Positions 61,949-64,000 of a stretch of 64,000 nucleotides of DNA are shown piece after piece. The DNA lies in contig CM075993.1 in the NCBI GenBank assembly GCA_038087875.1, forward strand, positions 10,790,001-10,854,000, given 5' to 3'. This DNA comes from Malacoraja senta (lineage: Eukaryota). A program made the translations under genes and the position numbers. Below the pieces are notes generated by a model. That model was not told the origin of the DNA. It was given only the letters and a program-made list of their open reading frames with translations, and did not search any database. How positions within the stretch are numbered: the first letter of the stretch is position 1; each line of letters starts with the position of its first letter.

Positions 61949-62289
61949 TTAATTTTATGATTAAACAATGGCAGGTGTTTACATTATTTGGGTGAGGGAC
62001 CAGTCAACCCATTAGCAACCTCCTAGTAGCCCCTTAGCAACGCCTTAGTCAATCAACCCTTAGCAGCCCTTTAGCAACTTAATCATGTTTTTCAGTCATT
62101 GTGGCTCAAGCGTATCTACAGTATATTTTGGCTATTGCAGGCCTCGTGACTTAGCAATGCACAATTCTCCACTTGGCATTTAGCCGACAATGTTAATGTT
62201 CAGTAAGCATGTTGTAGTGTCCACATAGACAAGTATCCCAACATCCTTTCTGGTTCCGAAATGTACTCCAACAACTTGCGGACGTTATG

Positions 62290-62455
62290 ATGAAGGGCTT
62301 CAAGGGCTTGGTTGTGATGCGCAACCTTCTGTAGGAATCTGGACCTCCTCCAACTCGCCTACCGCCACAACAGATCAACAGCGGATGTGATCTCGCTGGC
62401 TCTCCATCTCTGCTGGAGGACTTGGACAACAAGAACACATACGCCAAGCTGTTTA
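62290..62455 (+). pseudogene. Degenerate Rex1/Babar RT fragment
   Basis: LDLLQLAYRHNRSTADVISLALH...LDNKNTYAKLF-like remnant. Confidence 0.65.
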
Positions 62456-63182
62456 AGAAAGAACTGCAGATGCTGGAAAAATCGAAGGTAGACAAAAATG
62501 CTAGAGAAACTGGAGAAACTCAGAAACCCTCCCTACCCCTACATCAGTACAGCCCACTGTCTCCGCCTTTTCTTCCCGCCCCCCTCTCCCATCCCCACAT
62601 CAGTCTGAAGAAGGGTCTCGACCTGAAACGTCACCTATTCCTTCGCTCCATAGATGCTGCCTCACCTGCTGAGTTTCTCCAGCATTTTTGTCTACCTATG
62701 GCAAGCTGTTGTTCATAGACACAAAAGGCTGGAGTAACTCAGCGGGACAGGCAGCATCTCTGGAGAGGAATGGGTTGAGACCCTTTGGGTTGAGACCCTG
62801 CTTTAGACTGAGAGTCAGGGGAGACATAGGGAGGGTAACGGTAAAGTGTGAAAACGAGAGATCAGAGGGGACGATGCTCAAGGAAAATGTAGAATAGATC
62901 ATCGTTGGCTGAGGGGAAGGTGACAACGAGGCATACAATCAGTAAGATTCATCAGGAGGGCAGTGAAACTAGTCGGAGAACTAGGATGGGGGAGGAATGG
63001 AGAGAGAGGGAAAGCAATGGTTACTTGAAGTTAGAGATGTCAATATTCATACAAAATGTGTAGGAAGGAACTGCAGATGCTGGTTAAAACCAAAAATAGA
63101 CACAAAATGCCGGAGTAACTCAGCGGGACAGGCAGCATCTCTGGAGAGAAGGAATGGGTGACGTATTGGGTCGAGACTCTTC
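62450..63182. mobile_element. Cluster of Penelope pLTR fragments
   Basis: The same motif family, both subfamilies, in both orientations. Confidence 0.75.
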
Positions 63183-63194
63183 TATATTTCTTTT

Positions 63195-64000
63195 TTTCCA
63201 AGATGGCGGATGTGCAGGAGTGGGCGCCGTTTGTATGGCAGCCTGCCTGCAGTCCGTCGTCTAACTTTTTTATTGTCTGAAACATTTTTTTATTGGAGTC
63301 TATTCTTTCTATGTGGGGGGGAACTGTTTTAACCCCAGTCCTACCTGGTCGGAGATGCGGTTTTCCTCCTAATCGCGTCTCCGATCTCCCCATGCGGCCT
63401 TCCATCGGGCTGGAGCGGCGTTCCTGCCGGGGACCACAGCTTCGGCGGCACAGCGCTGGGACACCAACGGGGAGCGGGCGATGCCTTGCCGGGTCGCCGC
63501 TCCGGAGTGCTGTGGCCGCCGACCACCAACATCGGGCAGCCGCGGTCTGTGGTTTGAGGGCATCCCGCCGCGGGCGGGCGACGCTGGATCAGGAACACCG
63601 CGGAGTCGAAGCTCCAACCGGCGCGGCCTGAAGTCCGCGGGCGTCGCAGTCTCCGGGGAAGGAGCGGCCGCTTCAGACATTTTCAAGCTGCTGAGGACTT
63701 TTCCACCCGATGCGGGTGGGCAGACAACATCGGGCTGCCGTTGCGGCGACTGGCTGCAGTGGCCTCAGACTGGCCCCGACCTCGGGTGGACTAGGAGGAG
63801 GAGGAGGACTGGACATTTTAGTGCCTTCCCTCACAGTGGAGAGTGTAGATTCTACTGTGGGGGGATGTTCGTGTTTGTGTAAAATCTCTTATAGTGTGTT
63901 GTCATTTTTTCTATCTCTTTTTATTATTTGTATGGTTAGTAACTGTAAAGCACTTTGGCTTTTGATTTAATTCAATTGGAAAATGTGCTATATAAATAAA
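63195..64000 (+). mobile_element. Non-coding GC-rich retroposon with YY1-like head and L2-type 3' tail
   Basis: Starts CCAAGATGGCGG, has a CpG-rich body, and ends TGTAAAGCACTTTGG...AAATGTGCTATATAAATAAA, resembling L2-clade 3' ends. Confidence 0.6.

Noticed and set aside
63293..63970. Overlapping 85-133-aa ORFs on both strands
   Set aside because: They are expected in stop-poor GC-rich repeat sequence and have no recognisable motifs.

Overview
Eukaryotic, repeat-dense genomic DNA, almost certainly from a cartilaginous fish. It is probably a skate or ray, inferred from HE1/V-SINE-type SINEs paired with CR1/HER1-type LINE tails. The only host gene I can support is the first coding exon of a RAB8-family GTPase (best match RAB8B) on the minus strand at 24869-24992. 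Everything to its left (1-24868) is presumably intron 1; I found no exon 2. Its CpG-island promoter/5' end carries a 10-unit minisatellite built from GC-box plus CRE-like motifs, followed by a ZNF143-type motif. The rest is mostly transposable elements: CR1 LINEs (one young copy with an intact 577-aa RT frame), a near-complete Rex1/Babar LINE, Penelope-like elements (GIY-YIG fragments), tRNA-derived V-SINEs, an RTE 3' end, two Tc1 transposons (one with an intact 339-aa DD34E ORF), and hAT-like, PIF/Harbinger-like, P-like and probably Helitron-like non-autonomous elements. There is also a 200-N assembly gap. The most interesting signal is roughly 35-45 copies (counted by eye) of a Penelope-derived short repeat containing a minimal hammerhead-ribozyme core. 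These copies show compensatory stem changes and often form palindromic pairs. Most short ORFs in the supplied track are spurious translations of these repeats. TE boundaries are approximate unless a TSD or TIR is quoted.
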